Made by a program: the position numbers and the translations under genes. The notes under the pieces were generated by a model, which was not told the DNA's origin, did no database searches, and worked only from the letters and a program-made list of their open reading frames with translations. 64,000 nucleotides of DNA from Gonapodya sp. JEL0774 (lineage: Eukaryota), in the NCBI GenBank assembly GCA_027604505.1, contig JADIIX010000035.1, positions 1-64,000 of the forward strand, written 5' to 3'. How positions within the stretch are numbered: the stretch's first letter is position 1; each line of letters opens with the position of its first letter. This document shows, piece by piece, positions 25,069-37,617 of the stretch.

Positions 25069-26343
25069 ATGGGCGCCTTTGCGTCCGCAGTGCGCTCGTC
25101 TCATTCACCACGGCTTCCCAATGAACTCTTGGAAAGAATATTGTATTTTGTTCCGGACGATCCGACAACCATCTGTACCCTCCGACTCGTCAATCGCGAC
25201 GTATTCAATATGATGCCACCAGAACTGTTTTTTCTCGTGGCTTTACCGCGAATCCTTTCGGCAAGCCGTCTGCGAATGGGGCTCCTGCTCCTTGGTTACC
25301 AAGAATTGGACATCCAGTTCGTCACGGGCTCTGTTCGATCGCTGATCGGGTTCGGTATTCGATTCGAATTCGGTTGGATACAACGCGACAGTGCAGTGAG
25401 GCGAATACATGAGCGGGGCCGTCAGAGACATTCCAACGGACACAACTTTTGTGGTGGACGTTTCAACCTGGAAATGGATGGGACCGGACAGACGTGGGCG
25501 ACCAAGAAGCTACCCAAGCTTGTTTCACATGAAGCGGCGTTTCTTTCCATGCGAGCACAGCAGCTTGGATGGGGTTTTGTGCCCGAGTGAGTTTCGGGAA
25601 AGTGGACAGAGGTCGTTGAACAGCGAGTGAGAGTATGCAGCGCTGTCTGTTGTCCTCCACTTTCAATGAAAAGTCGATCGTTTGTGGTTTGCGTTCTTTG
25701 ACTACCAAGAACTTGCAGCACCGATAAAAGACCCTCAATCCGGTGCCCATTACCTTGGGTCCCTCCCTCGTTCCCAGTCTTCCTCGCGGCAAACTTGGCA
25801 CAAACTCCAAGCAATCCCCTTCCCCGCCATATTTCGTCCCTCTCCTATCAAAGCGCTCGCTACGATCGCTGGCTCAATCACATTCACCCCGACGATTTCA
25901 CTGATGCACTGAGGGCACAGAGGTTTCGTCTCCGTGTGGACCAAGATCTGTTGGACATGTTTCGCAGCTCCTCTTTCGATTCGTTTATCGACGCCCTTGC
26001 GGAGAGTCTTATTCAGCGATGCAGCTGCTGTGGGGATAGAGCAGAATTGTCCACCCTGAAGGTGAGTTTTTTCTTTCGTTTGCACATCTCGTGAAGGGGC
26101 GCACCTGTGCGTAACAATCTTCTCGTGCGGTCTCTCACGATGTTTCAGTTTACCACGCAGAGCAACGTCACATCGCCCAACGCAAACTGTGTGTGTGGTA
26201 ACTGCTTGAGTGAGTTTTCACATATCGAGAGCTTGTTGTCTCCTGAAGGAGCAAAGCTCTATTTATCGCTACAAGAAATCAAGGAGCTAGGGGTGGGCGC
26301 ACGGTTTGTCACCAGCACAAGCCAGGTCGAACACACGCAGTAA
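25069..26343 (+). CDS. F-box-like protein with a C-terminal CxxC..CxxC (XPA-like) zinc module, about 3 exons
   Basis: RLPNELLERILYFV..ICTLRLVNR (F-box-like). Later exons RCSCCG...CVCGNCL..LLSPEGAKLYLSLQEIKEL. Confidence 0.7.
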
Positions 26344-26799
26344 TGAGAAGGGGGCATCCCCTGGGCTAAGACTCCGGGTTGACGACAACTTGCTATATGA
26401 GTGAGAGAGCACTGGCGAAATGTATATGCTGTTCTTCAGCATTGCACGGTGACTGACCGTGTCCCCTCACTATATCGTAACTACCACTACTACAAATAAC
26501 CAAAGATCGTTGAACATAATGAAATGACGTAGTCGAGTCTATTTTTTTGAAGGAAGAGGCATCCAAGTGCTGTTTCTTCACCAATTTCTCCCAAACTCCG
26601 CTCAACTCTTTGGCGTTAAGATGCCTGGGAACTGTAACCAAGACCCAGTATGACCGATGTACGTACTATACAATGAGAATGGCTAACAGCTGGAAACTGC
26701 CCTCCTTGCGTTCGTGTCGGATGAGCAATGACTGGAGGTGCGTGTAGGGGCCGCCCACAAACCGGAGGTGAAGTAATCGGAAGCTCATAGTGCACACTA

Positions 26800-27490
26800 A
26801 TGCAGAACAAGTGGTTTCTGGTCGAGCCCAAGCTCGATTGCCCACATGTGATCCCCTCCGTCAAAACTCTGCCACAAGAGGGCGGAATCCCCGGTTGGTG
26901 TTATGACGATCAAGGTTATGAGCACGACGATGCAGAGGTTCCTCACCATGCCATTCATGGGTCCCTGTCTCTGCCAATCGATTTTAGTGGCTTCTCCATG
27001 CTCTGAATGCCATGATTCATCCGAGAATTGGTGGTGTTTAACGTGCCACGAAGTGCTGTGTAGTAGGTGAGCTTCTGGCTTCAATCTTCTGAAAGTCCGC
27101 GATCGCGATGGGTGATGCGCGGAAGCACTAATGTACTAACTCATATTACTCACATCGCATGTCCATTTTTACTTTCGAAATGTCCCATCAATCACTTTAG
27201 ATACGTGAATAGGCACATGCTAGCGCATTTTGAGACTCACCAGCACAGGCAGCAATCTCCCCCAGTGTTACGAACAACAAGTGTCACGGGCGACCATTCC
27301 ATAGCCCTGAGCTTTTCAGATTGCTCATGCTGGTGCTACAAGTGTGATGCATATGTGGTAGCAAAGGTATTCTGCGCTTAAGTTAAGTCAATCTTCTGTT
27401 TATCATAAATCTATGGGTCTTCAGATTCTCACCCCTATAAAGGACGCGGTGAATAAAGTCAAAGTGAAGCTGCTTCGATTGCATTTGTAG
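26800..27490 (+). CDS. Stand-alone ZnF-UBP (BUZ) protein resembling the HDAC6 C-terminal domain (exons about 26800-26893, 26988-27066, 27201-27366, 27425-27490)
   Basis: WFLVEPKLDCPHV..PCSECHDSSENWWCLTCHEVLCSRYVNRHMLAHF..HSIALSFSDCSCWCYKCDAYV carries all the zf-UBP ligands. The 5' end is uncertain. Confidence 0.88.
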
Positions 27491-28057
27491 AAAGATAGTC
27501 GAGTACAGACTTGATGGGAGCACTCTCGCCAAACAACATTGTTAAGCATTGTACCGGAAGGAATACCCTCGCGAACGCCTCATCCCGCATAATAATCCCC
27601 GGCAAAATTGCGCTGCGGTGGACGTAGTTTTACATCAAAGACAGTTGAAGACGAATATATAAAGTAATACAATTTTTGTTTGTCACTCGTCATGATACTT
27701 ACTCATTGGTTGTGCACCGTAGATTTCGTCAAAATATCCGCGCCCGTGTAGTGTCCCCAAAATAGATTGTTTTGATTGTTTCAAGTTGCTGCTCTCAAGA
27801 AACTGGGCATCGTGATAGAAACTCCGTGGTTTCATATATCGACCGTCCCTCTCAAACCGGAAACATTAGGCAACCAAGACGAAATATTCTAATGCAATTC
27901 TGATCTCACCCAAACTAGTTATGATCTAGAAGTCGCGCTTCAACTAATTTATGTAGAATAGGTGCGAAACACTGGCGATGGGGGATCGGCAGTAGCACCT
28001 GCAGAACTATCAAAACTTCACTTCATACTGATCTAAACGCAACAATCCACTAAACCC

Positions 28058-29401
28058 ATGAGATCAACCCGGATAGCAGCTGCAGCAGCCTCCCAAGCTA
28101 TCACCCTCCAGTTGGCCGCGGCTCCCCGCGTCGTTTCCAGTGGGAAATCTTCACGTGAGAACCCAGCATCGGCAAGAACCAGTGGTAAAGCCAAAGGCAA
28201 GAAATCAGTACGAGAACCAACAAAGCTCGATGATATGCCACTTGTGGTTTTGGAGAAGATCGTGTCGTGAGCACACCTTACAATTCGATTGCGTCAGTGA
28301 TACACTCTTTCACCAAAAATTGCTTCACTCAAAGGTATTTGAGACATTGCCCGAATGCCGTCGCTCGGCTTGCTCTGCTTAACAACAAGATGTACTTTTT
28401 GGTTGGTGGAGTGAAGTTCTGGAAAGAAATGGCGAACGTGAGTCATGCAGCATCCTTCCCGCGGTTTAGATACTAAAGTGAGCTTGCGAACACTCAAAAT
28501 CACAGAAAATGAATCTTCCGCCTCCCAATCCACGTGCCCGAAAGTATCGAACTTGGTTCGCTGTTGTTGGGAAGAGGGGGTGAGTGACTCATCATTGAAA
28601 TCTTGCGCACTATCCAGAAACGCTATCTTTGCCTGTCGACCCTGTGACATTAAAGCAAAAAATTATGTCACTGGTGCTATAACATAACCTCCCGCTCAGA
28701 TCTCCTAATGTTTGGCCGCAAAACTGGTTTCGCCAAACTGTGTCCCAACTGTCGGGCGAAAAAGTGGCGACACGAAAAAGAGCACCGCGAAACGGGTACT
28801 GGTGCAAAGCAGGGCAAGATCAACAAGCGCGACGCGAAGGGGAGATATCACCGGAGTGATCAAGACATGGCCCAGTTTGTAAGTGCTCGGAGGTTGCGTT
28901 ATGGTGCGATATTTTCAAATGATTGTCTTGGAACTCACTTGGCAAGCCCCACCAAAGTGTCTGGCACGAATCTGGAAGGGGATACAATAAGAGGGTCTGG
29001 GTGGAGATACATCATCGATTGGAAGAAGGTTGCACTCCATCGACATGAATCACGTTGATCACGTGATCATCTTGCTCTCAGCAGTATCTCTATAATCGCG
29101 CGCAAATACTTGATTATCCACGCACAAAATGGGGAGGTGATGACGGCATTGAGGCGAGTTTCGTAATATCCAGGGAGCGAGCCGTTGGCCCAAAGGTCTC
29201 CCCTCACGTGCCCAAAACATTCTGTGGTAGGCGCGTCGAAAGCTCCCGGACCGACGCTATGCAGAACGGATTGAGAGGCAACGCGAGCGCGCGGAGGAGA
29301 AGGCTATCGATGCGTCGATTCCTCCCCCGGTGCTGAGCGATGAGTTGGAAGAAATTGATGAAAATGAAGAAAGCGAAGAGGAGATGAACAAGGACTATTG
29401 A
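28058..29401 (+). CDS. F-box + XPA-like zinc finger + XPA_C-like protein, paralog A (two splice donors mutated; possibly decaying)
   Basis: LDDMPLVVLEKIVSYL..VARLALLNNK, PNPRARKYRTW, LCHWC..LCPNC, INKRDAKGRY, YLYNRAQILDYPRTKWGGDDGIE. Exon-by-exon homology to 61264-62939. Confidence 0.75.
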
Positions 29402-29875
29402 CCGAGTTGCCAGAGATGGGGGTGGGGATCATTTTGGTACCTCGCGAGCGACTTGCTTCTGTCTCCAATACATGGTAGGTACCGGGGGTTGTAAGATTTT
29501 ACTTGTTCTTTTTGTCATTAGTCAGTACTACTCAATTCTTGCTGTACCTCAAAATGCATGAATCCAAAGGAGAGGGGGACGCGGGGTTCGTTATGAACCA
29601 AAATGAAGGGACGCACGATTGTCTTTTTGTAGGCGGCGGCAGCACAAAACTGTGAATCATGGTCAAACGTGCTTTATTAGAGATTTCGGAACTCGAAGGA
29701 AATCCCATCGTGTGATATCTGCGAGTCCGGGACAGGATCTCAGATAATCCAGCCGCAGGCCCGGTTGAGAAGTCCGGTGTGTCTTGAGTTTGCGACGGCT
29801 AACCCGCGACCGTGGTCGGATGGCGGAAACCTTGGTGCCGTCTCCGACATAAACCAACTCCAAACTCCGAAAAAA

Positions 29876-31893
29876 ATGGTCTACGACGTTCAAGGGAAGG
29901 TAGTGATCATCACAGGTGCGATAAGCGTGTTTTTTTAGCTGGCATCACGCTGCATGAACCTCGCCTCACCAGTGGTGACATGAATTGCTTCCGGCAAGGC
30001 GCTGGATCCGGCTTTGGAGAGAGACTCGCGAAGAGATTAGCCTCAAAAGGAGCAAGGCTCGTCCTCTCCGACTTGAATGAAGCTCAGGGAAATCGAGTTA
30101 AGGAGGAAGTCACCGGAAAGTGAGTTTGCTCGTTGACAGTTCCATCACGGATTTGCCCAAAACCGAATTGGGCGAGAGAAGTCTGATAAATGTGAATCAG
30201 ATGTGGCTGTGGAAGACTTCCCGTTCATGGACTCGCTTGCTGTGGGTGCTGGGTACACATGTATCTGCGCTTCGCATCCCCCGATCTCCTACTGGTATCA
30301 TCGCAACAAACTAAAAGCGAATTTTCTGAATCTAAATCGGCAGATACGGTCCACGGGCCATATTCGTTCGTGCGAACGTAGCCGACAATGACCAAGTCAA
30401 GAACATTTTCAAGCGGGCAAAGGAACATTTTGGAACCTTTGATGTTGTCGTCAACAATGTGAGTATATCATTATCACTCGGGTTGATAGGTCTGTGTCGC
30501 TCTCTCGAAACACAAACTCTCTGACTTCGCTTACACCGTTCTCCAGGCTGGGGTCCCAGAAATCTCAGACTTTTTCACCGACGAACACGACCGTTGGCAA
30601 TCACAAATCGAGGTCAACCTACGACCCGTCATTCTTGGTACCCGGCTTGCAATCACAGAATTTCAGAAGGAGAAGAAGAAGGGCGTAATCGTGAGCACTG
30701 CTGTGAGTATTTTAAATCATCACAGGGACAAGTTAAGGATCCTCTTATCTTGCCCATGTATTAAGATCCATGTTAGAGTGGATGCCGTTGTGGATGTTTT
30801 TATGAGTGAACTTTTGAAAATGGGATCAGGAAAATCTCGCTCTCCCCTGTTTCCTCTTTCTAGCCGCAGAAATTGCGGTGCAAGTACAATACCTATCTTA
30901 GTTTCTGGATCGCTACACATATGCAATCCGTGGAAGGCCTTGTACGGTCTTGATATGATGACGAACTCATCGATCTGTTGATCCTCGCTCTTACCCCCAG
31001 TCCCTTGCTGGTCTCTACCCTCAAGCGCTGAGCCCCGTGTACGGGCCGGTGAAAGCTGCGGTAGTCCACTTCTGCAGGTCGTGAGTGATAGCCCAGATGG
31101 CATTCAACCCTTGCTGGTGTCGAGGTTAAAAGTTACGGATTTGATTCAAGGCTTTCGGGACTGAACTCGATAGGAATCCGTGAGTAAGATCAATGAATGA
31201 TCTCGTGGCCACTGTGTAGTGCCTTGTCGTCGTTCCTTTGCACGAACATTCACCCCGATTAAATTGCTGGTGTCTGACTCCATTATCCAACAGGTGTAAA
31301 CGCGGTATGCCCATCTTACAGTCCTACTGGTATCCAACAAGTCGGGCGTGTCGATCAGGGCCCGTCGGAGATCACAAATTTCCTCAGTAAAGCGGGTGTC
31401 GGAAGGGACGGACGTGTGAGCCCCATGGTCGACCCTGAGCAGGTTATCGACGCATTTGTTCATGCGATTGAGGGTGAGTTTTTAAAATATATGTTTTTTG
31501 AAAGTTGGAGCCCGTGCTGAGTCAACGGCAATGAATTGTAATCGTCTATTGCGACTGCCTTTGCATGGAAAGACGAAAGAATCTTTGGTGAGAGCTTGCG
31601 ATCCCATGTTATATTGGGCAACACTAGACTATAGTGACCATTCATTTTGTTGTTTAAACGGTGGCAATATACCTAGGTGAAGCTATTCGGGTGAGTTCCG
31701 CCAAAGCCATGTTTTCAATTTTGCCAAACTTTCAACTTCGTTTTATCCCTTATCAATACGTGACACAAAATTCGTGATGTGGTGCCAGATTACTCCGGAG
31801 CGCGGTATCGAAGTTCAGTATCTCAGCCGCAAACCACCTCTCAAACTCAAAGACTTGTCAGCGCCATACAAGAGCGTGACGTCAAAGCTTTAG
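29876..31893 (+). CDS. Classical SDR, 15-hydroxyprostaglandin-dehydrogenase-like, with PTS1 (SKL)
   Basis: VVIITGAGSGFG, DVVVNNAG, IVSTASLAG, catalytic YGPVK, GIRVNAVCP, IEDERIFGEAIRITPERGI; ends VTSKL*. Includes 15- and 14-nt microexons. Confidence 0.92.
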
Positions 31894-32254
31894 TGGAGTT
31901 GATGACTACTCGGGGTCAAAGACGGTGTTATAGTTTCAGCAAAGCTCATGATTTTACAAGAATGAGTGCAAGTCCTGCACGGCGGCGGTACCAGTACGTC
32001 GGACTCTCTAATAAACGGGGCAATGAGCAAAAACAGGATGGAGCGTGACAATTTAGTCTCTTATTTGCCACCACTTTCTTTCACTTCTTGTTTATTGCAT
32101 GATTTTACGTCGTACGCGCATTGTCAGCTCTCTTTTTTGGTTTATGTATGAATACTGCTTTGTATTGTGACCTATGATTGTGTTCCTTCATGATGTGGGC
32201 TGAGTCACCCCACCGCCGTGAGCTCCTAGTAGCTGAGGGGACTTCAAAGAGGAA

Positions 32255-34503
32255 ATGTCGACCACTCGAGAAATCGAGCTTATTAACGCTGTGGAACAGG
32301 GAAACCTGGATCGAGTCAAACAGTTGTTGGACGATGGGACGAATCCCAACACGCGGAAGCGTGTGACCCTCACGGTTGACATCACTGACCGTCGACTGGT
32401 GCAAAAAGGGGGACTCTTTAGCCGAGACAAGTATGCTGATGTGCAGGAGTCAAAAACTGAGACTCTCGATTGTGAGTCAGCGTTGGCTCTGGCAATCATC
32501 CATCACCGCGAAGATATTGTGGGCGCGCTACTTGAAAAGGGGGCAGATCCGAATGGCGTATGCGAATGGAAGATTTCCAATGGATATAAGCCATGGGAGA
32601 TGGACGATTGGGACCAGCGACGTTGGCAGATGAAGATTTCGTTCCCTTGTGCTCTAATGCGTGAGTGCATTTTTGAGCCTCGCGTACCGCATTCCGAATC
32701 TCTGAACTTATTCACCTTCGATCTCCAAGTTGCAATGGCTCATGGAGGGTCATTCATTCGGTGGGACGGCAACCCAGCATTCACAGCGGCTCATGACCAC
32801 ACGTCACTGCATATCAGTCCACCGGGTGGGCATGTTCAAATACAGAACCCTTATGGATGGGACGACTTTGTTATTGCCACTCTCCAGCCTTCTCTCCTCA
32901 TCGTTAAAGTTCTTGTCCTCCATGGTGCTAATGTGTCGGATGCTGAGCGCTCTGCTGCCCGCAAAATGGCGGATAGCAAATTCATACAAATTCTCGAGCC
33001 TCACGCCGAAGAGCAACCGAACAAAGTCCGCGGCCAGTCACCTGAGTCCGCACCATCCGACCTCATTCGCCAAAATCCGTCTCCCGTCAGAAAGCAGCTG
33101 ACTGCCATTCTAGACTACACACCAAAGAACTCTGACGAGGTTGTAGTTTCAGAAGGTGATTTAGTCTTTGTCACCGAGAAATATGAGGATGGTTGGTGCT
33201 CGGTACGTTCCGTTGCAAACCCAGTAGCGTTGTCCTTGACCGGAACTGTCCATTCCTCTCGGTGTTTCCTCCCCTTGATGTTCGGGTTTTACACCCAAGG
33301 GTTTCAATATCATCACCAATAAGTCAGGCTTTCTTCCACTCTCCTGTCTTCAAACCGCCATGGATAATGAAGCCACGGGACTTCACGCGATGCAACATGC
33401 ACCACCAGCTGCAGAGTTGAGTCCCGAGAACCAAGCCAAGCCATCCTGGCACATTGATTATGAGGGGATTGAAGTTGGAGAAAAACTTGGAGAGGGAAGC
33501 TTTGGGGTCGTGCACAAGTGCCTGTGGGCGGGGGCAACAGTAGCGGTCAAGTTCCTGATTCTAGACACCAGCCGCAATGGACAGCTTCGCAAGAACTACA
33601 AGATTGTGAGTGTTTGCAATGCTTGCGGTATATCTGTCTGCCCCTCCCATGACTTTTCGTACCCCAGGCTTTTGATCGAGAAGTCTCTGCCTGGCACAAG
33701 GCTGGGAGCCACCCGAACATCGTTCCCCTGCTTGGAGCTTCTTGGGAATCTCCTCGTCCATTGATGCTCTCAAAATTCATGAAGCACAGGGATGTCGTGA
33801 CATATTTTGAAGAGAATCCATCTCATGCAACTCCAGAGAGGAAGATCCGCATTGTGGGTGTCTTAAAAACTGTTGTTATGTTTTGCGTGGTATCATTTGT
33901 GTAGTTGCTGCCTTCCGCTCTTGTTTGTAGCTTTATGATATCGCAGCAGGAATGCTCTACCTCCACGATGTTCGCAACATTGTTCACGCAGATCTTAAAC
34001 CGCAAAATACTCTCGTGGACGACGATGGGACAACACAAGTCTCCGACTTTGGGACAGCAAAGATTGTGGACCTGCCGACGAATGAAGCAACTGGAAGGCG
34101 GATAGGAACATCGGTGTATATGCCACCCGAGAGACTTCTAGGCGGTGGTGCAACGAAGGAGGGCGACGTGTATGCTTTTGGGGTGACAATTTTCAGGGTG
34201 AGTGTTCATCCCATGTTTGTTCCTCGAACGTCGCTGCTTCTGCAAGGCCCATCACTGCATGGCAAACGTCACCAAATACCCCAGATCTGGACTGGACGTG
34301 CACCATACCAAGAGTTCAACGAGCTTCCAGCTGACTTTATTGTGGATAGACGCCGGAAACTACGCCCCTTAATATCTGAGTTCGATGAAATGCCCGAAGA
34401 TCTTGAGCAGCTAGCCCAGGAGTGCTGGGCTCATGAGCCAGCAATGAGACCCAGGTTTCGAGATATTGTGAAGAGGTTGAAAGTGATGCGGGACGTATCT
34501 TAA
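32255..34503 (+). CDS. Ankyrin-like + SH3 + TKL (non-RD) protein kinase
   Basis: ELINAVEQGNLDRVKQLL..SALALAI..GADPN. SH3 AILDYTPKNSDEV..EDGWCS|GFN..GFLP. Kinase LGEGSFGVV, VAVK, HADLKPQN, DFG, YMPPE, DVYAFG, CWAHEPAMRPRF. Confidence 0.92.
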
Positions 34504-35248
34504 CGAGTGGACAGGAGAGGGATGTGTGGCTGTTGCCGAACCTAAACACCCAGATAATCCAGGCTGGCGTATTCGTTTTTTTATCGTTTTTATATGCTTC
34601 AATTATAAGTTCTTCAGACCACTTGCTTCACCAGCTCTATGATTTCAGCATCATAAAGAGCAAATTCCGGTAATGTGACATTCTGCCAATTCGGAACGTA
34701 AAGAATGCCTCGCTATGGGCAGTGAGAAGCGCGGAAGTGCAACCGCAGCGCGAGGAGCGCTCCGAGGTCCGAACCCATATCAAAACATGGGAGAGCAAGG
34801 GTTAATATTAAGCGGACGGAGGGGCACAGTTTGAGACTGCACTGTTCAAGACATGGTCATGGCTTTTGACAAGATTTTGATTCACCACGCATCATTCTGC
34901 ACTGACCATAAGATAACTTGTACGATATAGAATCATACATATACGCATAAGTTACATCTCCATATGATTGTCAGAGAGCTCCACATTCCACAACCTCCAT
35001 GCCTCCATAGCGAATATCCACCATCCCCAACCAATCTCCGCCCGGTGCAACTACACTCACATCTGACCGCCAATTCAAAAATGAAGCCAGCTCACCCACC
35101 ATCAACCATGACTTTTCCGAAAGGGGGCCCATCCCCTCCCCGAACAGTATCGCTGCTCCTCTCATATGCCCAAGATTCCTAGTCTGCCCGCTGGCCGGTA
35201 CAATGCGAGCCACCAAATCGCCTCTTACACGCTTAGACCGGTGTCATT

Positions 35249-36870
35249 CTAGGTGCGAGATTCTGCTTCTTGCGGCGGATGACAAGCTGAACGCGGAGAA
35301 GACGGATCAGTGGGGTACGTGGAAGGCCACGAAGAACCATCGTGGTTGGTAGTGTAGAGCGAGGATGAAGGCGGTGCAGTTGGAACAGGGCGGAACGGGT
35401 TCGTCGGTGGCATTTGGAGGTTGACGCATGAGTCGTAGCGGATGCTGACTGACGAGAGGTCATAGGTTGGTAAGGAGGGTTGCGGTTGATTAAGGCGTTC
35501 GCTGACGCAGGCGAGTGGAAAAGCTCCAGAAGTGCCTCTGGATGTATTGAAACCCTGTGAGGCCGAATTGGGACGAGGGATTAGGGACACAGATTACAAA
35601 GCACGGTCAGCCAGAGAACAATGGGGGGAGAGGAGGACAAGAGAATTTACTTTTAACAGCCAAAAACTGAAGAATAAATAAGCACGTGCGCACTCACCGA
35701 ACCCCATCCGTCAGCAAACCCGAGGTTCACAAAGACTCCATCACCGGTAGCGATATCAAGCTCGTCCGCGTCACGAGCCTCAAAGTCCACATTCGCGTAC
35801 ATGAGTTTGTTGATGGTGTATGGTGGTTGTGGTTGACGGGTGGGTGCCTCGGGTAGAGATGTAGGTTGGGATCGTGCAGCGGCAAGTTCCTTCTCCAGAG
35901 TTGTAATGATCGAACTCTTAGATGATATTGCTAACGAGAGACTGCGCGTCTTGACTTGAAGATCCTGATTTGCGGACTTGAGGGCTGTATTCTGAGCAAC
36001 CAGTTCCCCGTTCCTCTTCTCCAGATCCCCAGCCTTGCTCTCCGACACCGCTGTTCTCACTGAGAGCTCCTCAATCTGCGCTCTCATTCGGTCCATTTGA
36101 GCAAGCAGTTCGTCAACTTTCCGATCCTTGTCCGAGAGGAGTGAAAGGAAAGTGTCAACTGACTGAGAAGACGGTGACGACACGAGAGGAGCGAGACCAG
36201 AAGTCTGGGGCTGCACAGAAGGACTTGGCCCATTTTTATGTTGCAGCAATGTCTGGGAGAACCGAGAGTCGGCATGTTTCGAGGCGGCACTTAGTTCCTG
36301 TGTGGAGACGACGGCGCCATGTTTGAGGAGGACTTGGACGATTGGGAGAGATGGCTTCATAAGAAAGGAAGAAATACGAGTGTCCTCCGCCGTATTTGCA
36401 TCGTTGAGTTTGACCTCTCCACCCTTGAAGTTGATTGGAAGTTTGTTGTCCGATTTCGGTGCATCCGACACCACACCTTCATATCCTTTCCTTGTTCCAC
36501 CCCGCGCCATTGCCAGCGTTAGAGGTGATGGGAACGTATAAGTCGCGACCCAACGACCCCGTTTCCATTTATCCAAGCTCCACGATGAGCTCAAACCTGC
36601 AATCTTCCATTCGATCTTGCCATTTGGATCTGCTCCAGAACTGAGTAGAGCGTCAACGATATCGACGTGGCCATGCAAAATAGCCAAAGCCAACACCGAT
36701 TCACAGTCCACCGTTTCCGTTTTCACCTCATTGGTGGACGGCAGTGTCCTTGTCAACTTCACTCGTTTCCGGGCATTCGCATTTGCTCCCTCCATCAGAA
36801 GTTGCCGGGCACGCTGCGTCTCTCCATTCTCCACGGCGGTGAACAACTGGGCGTCACGCGTGCTTGACAT
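35249..36870 (-). CDS. Ankyrin-like + coiled-coil + SH3 protein, kinase-less paralog of the neighbour (exons 36870-35698, 35554-35249)
   Basis: N-terminal domain co-linear with the 32255 gene (NARKRV.LT..KTET.DCES.LALAI..GADPNG..EWKI), a heptad region, and SH3 ANVDFEARDADEL..DGWGS|GFN..GAFP. Confidence 0.9.
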
Positions 36871-37527
36871 GATTAGTCGTTTGTGACGTATTGTCAGGGT
36901 TGAGTTTGTTTAGTCTGTTTTCTGCAGAACTATTAAATCGTGCTGTGGAGTCACCATCCTGTTGCTTGACGGAGTGAGAACTTCCCAAAGCACCCGCCAT
37001 TCTTATCGATCCTTCCCCTGCACCAAAAGCACGGAGAATACTTTTATCTTCGATTCCCGCATTTTCTTACCCCCTGCGAGAGGTGACGCACCGTCGTGTG
37101 ATATCGCTTACATGAATCGAAGGAAGATTGTACCTCTTCCCATGGCGTTCTCTGGAAGGATTGTTCGCTCGACGAAACCCTCAACTGGGAACTACGCATG
37201 AAACAATGGCATCGCCCGCGCCCTAAACGACATACCACTCTGTACCTTTCAGTCTCGCTGAACCCTCCGTTGTAACCTTGCTTCTTCTACTGCCCCTACA
37301 CCAGTCTCTGTCTCGAGTCAGTCTCCATCGAACCCAACGCCTTCCCGTTCGAGCCCTGGACCGGAAGAAAACGGGGAAGATAGGTATCATTTGCGAGTGT
37401 GGGTCAGGATCGACCATCAGGTCAAACTGCGAACGGGGATCGTGGGTAAGCTGAGGATATTGAGAGCGAGTCCTCCCACTAGCGCCTGCTTGCCCGCCAT
37501 CACAGCTTCCAACTGCACCTGGGAATC

Positions 37528-37617
37528 ATCAACGTGAAGTGAAAATCAACGAACTCGGAAAGACGAACACTTATCAACGTGAAGTGATCATCAGTAAACT
37601 CAGACAGACGAGCATTA
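37528..37617 (+). repeat. Two imperfect tandem copies of a 45-bp unit
   Basis: ATCAACGTGAAGTGAAAATCAACGAACTCGGAAAGACGAACACTT followed by ATCAACGTGAAGTGATCATCAGTAAACTCAGACAGACGAGCATTA. Confidence 0.8.

Noticed and set aside
26729..26731. Selenocysteine at the in-frame TGA upstream of the ZnF-UBP
   Set aside because: Not a redox or Cys-equivalent position and no SECIS-like stem was evident downstream; a SECISearch run would be needed to exclude it fully.
30120..30343. Riboswitch (e.g. TPP) in the hairpin-containing SDR intron
   Set aside because: Only two short hairpins; the TPP core (CTGAGA ... TGAT...GATAAT..CAGCG) is absent.
37528..37617. CRISPR-like repeat-spacer
   Set aside because: Only two copies, the 'spacers' are similar to each other, there are no cas genes, and the context is eukaryotic.
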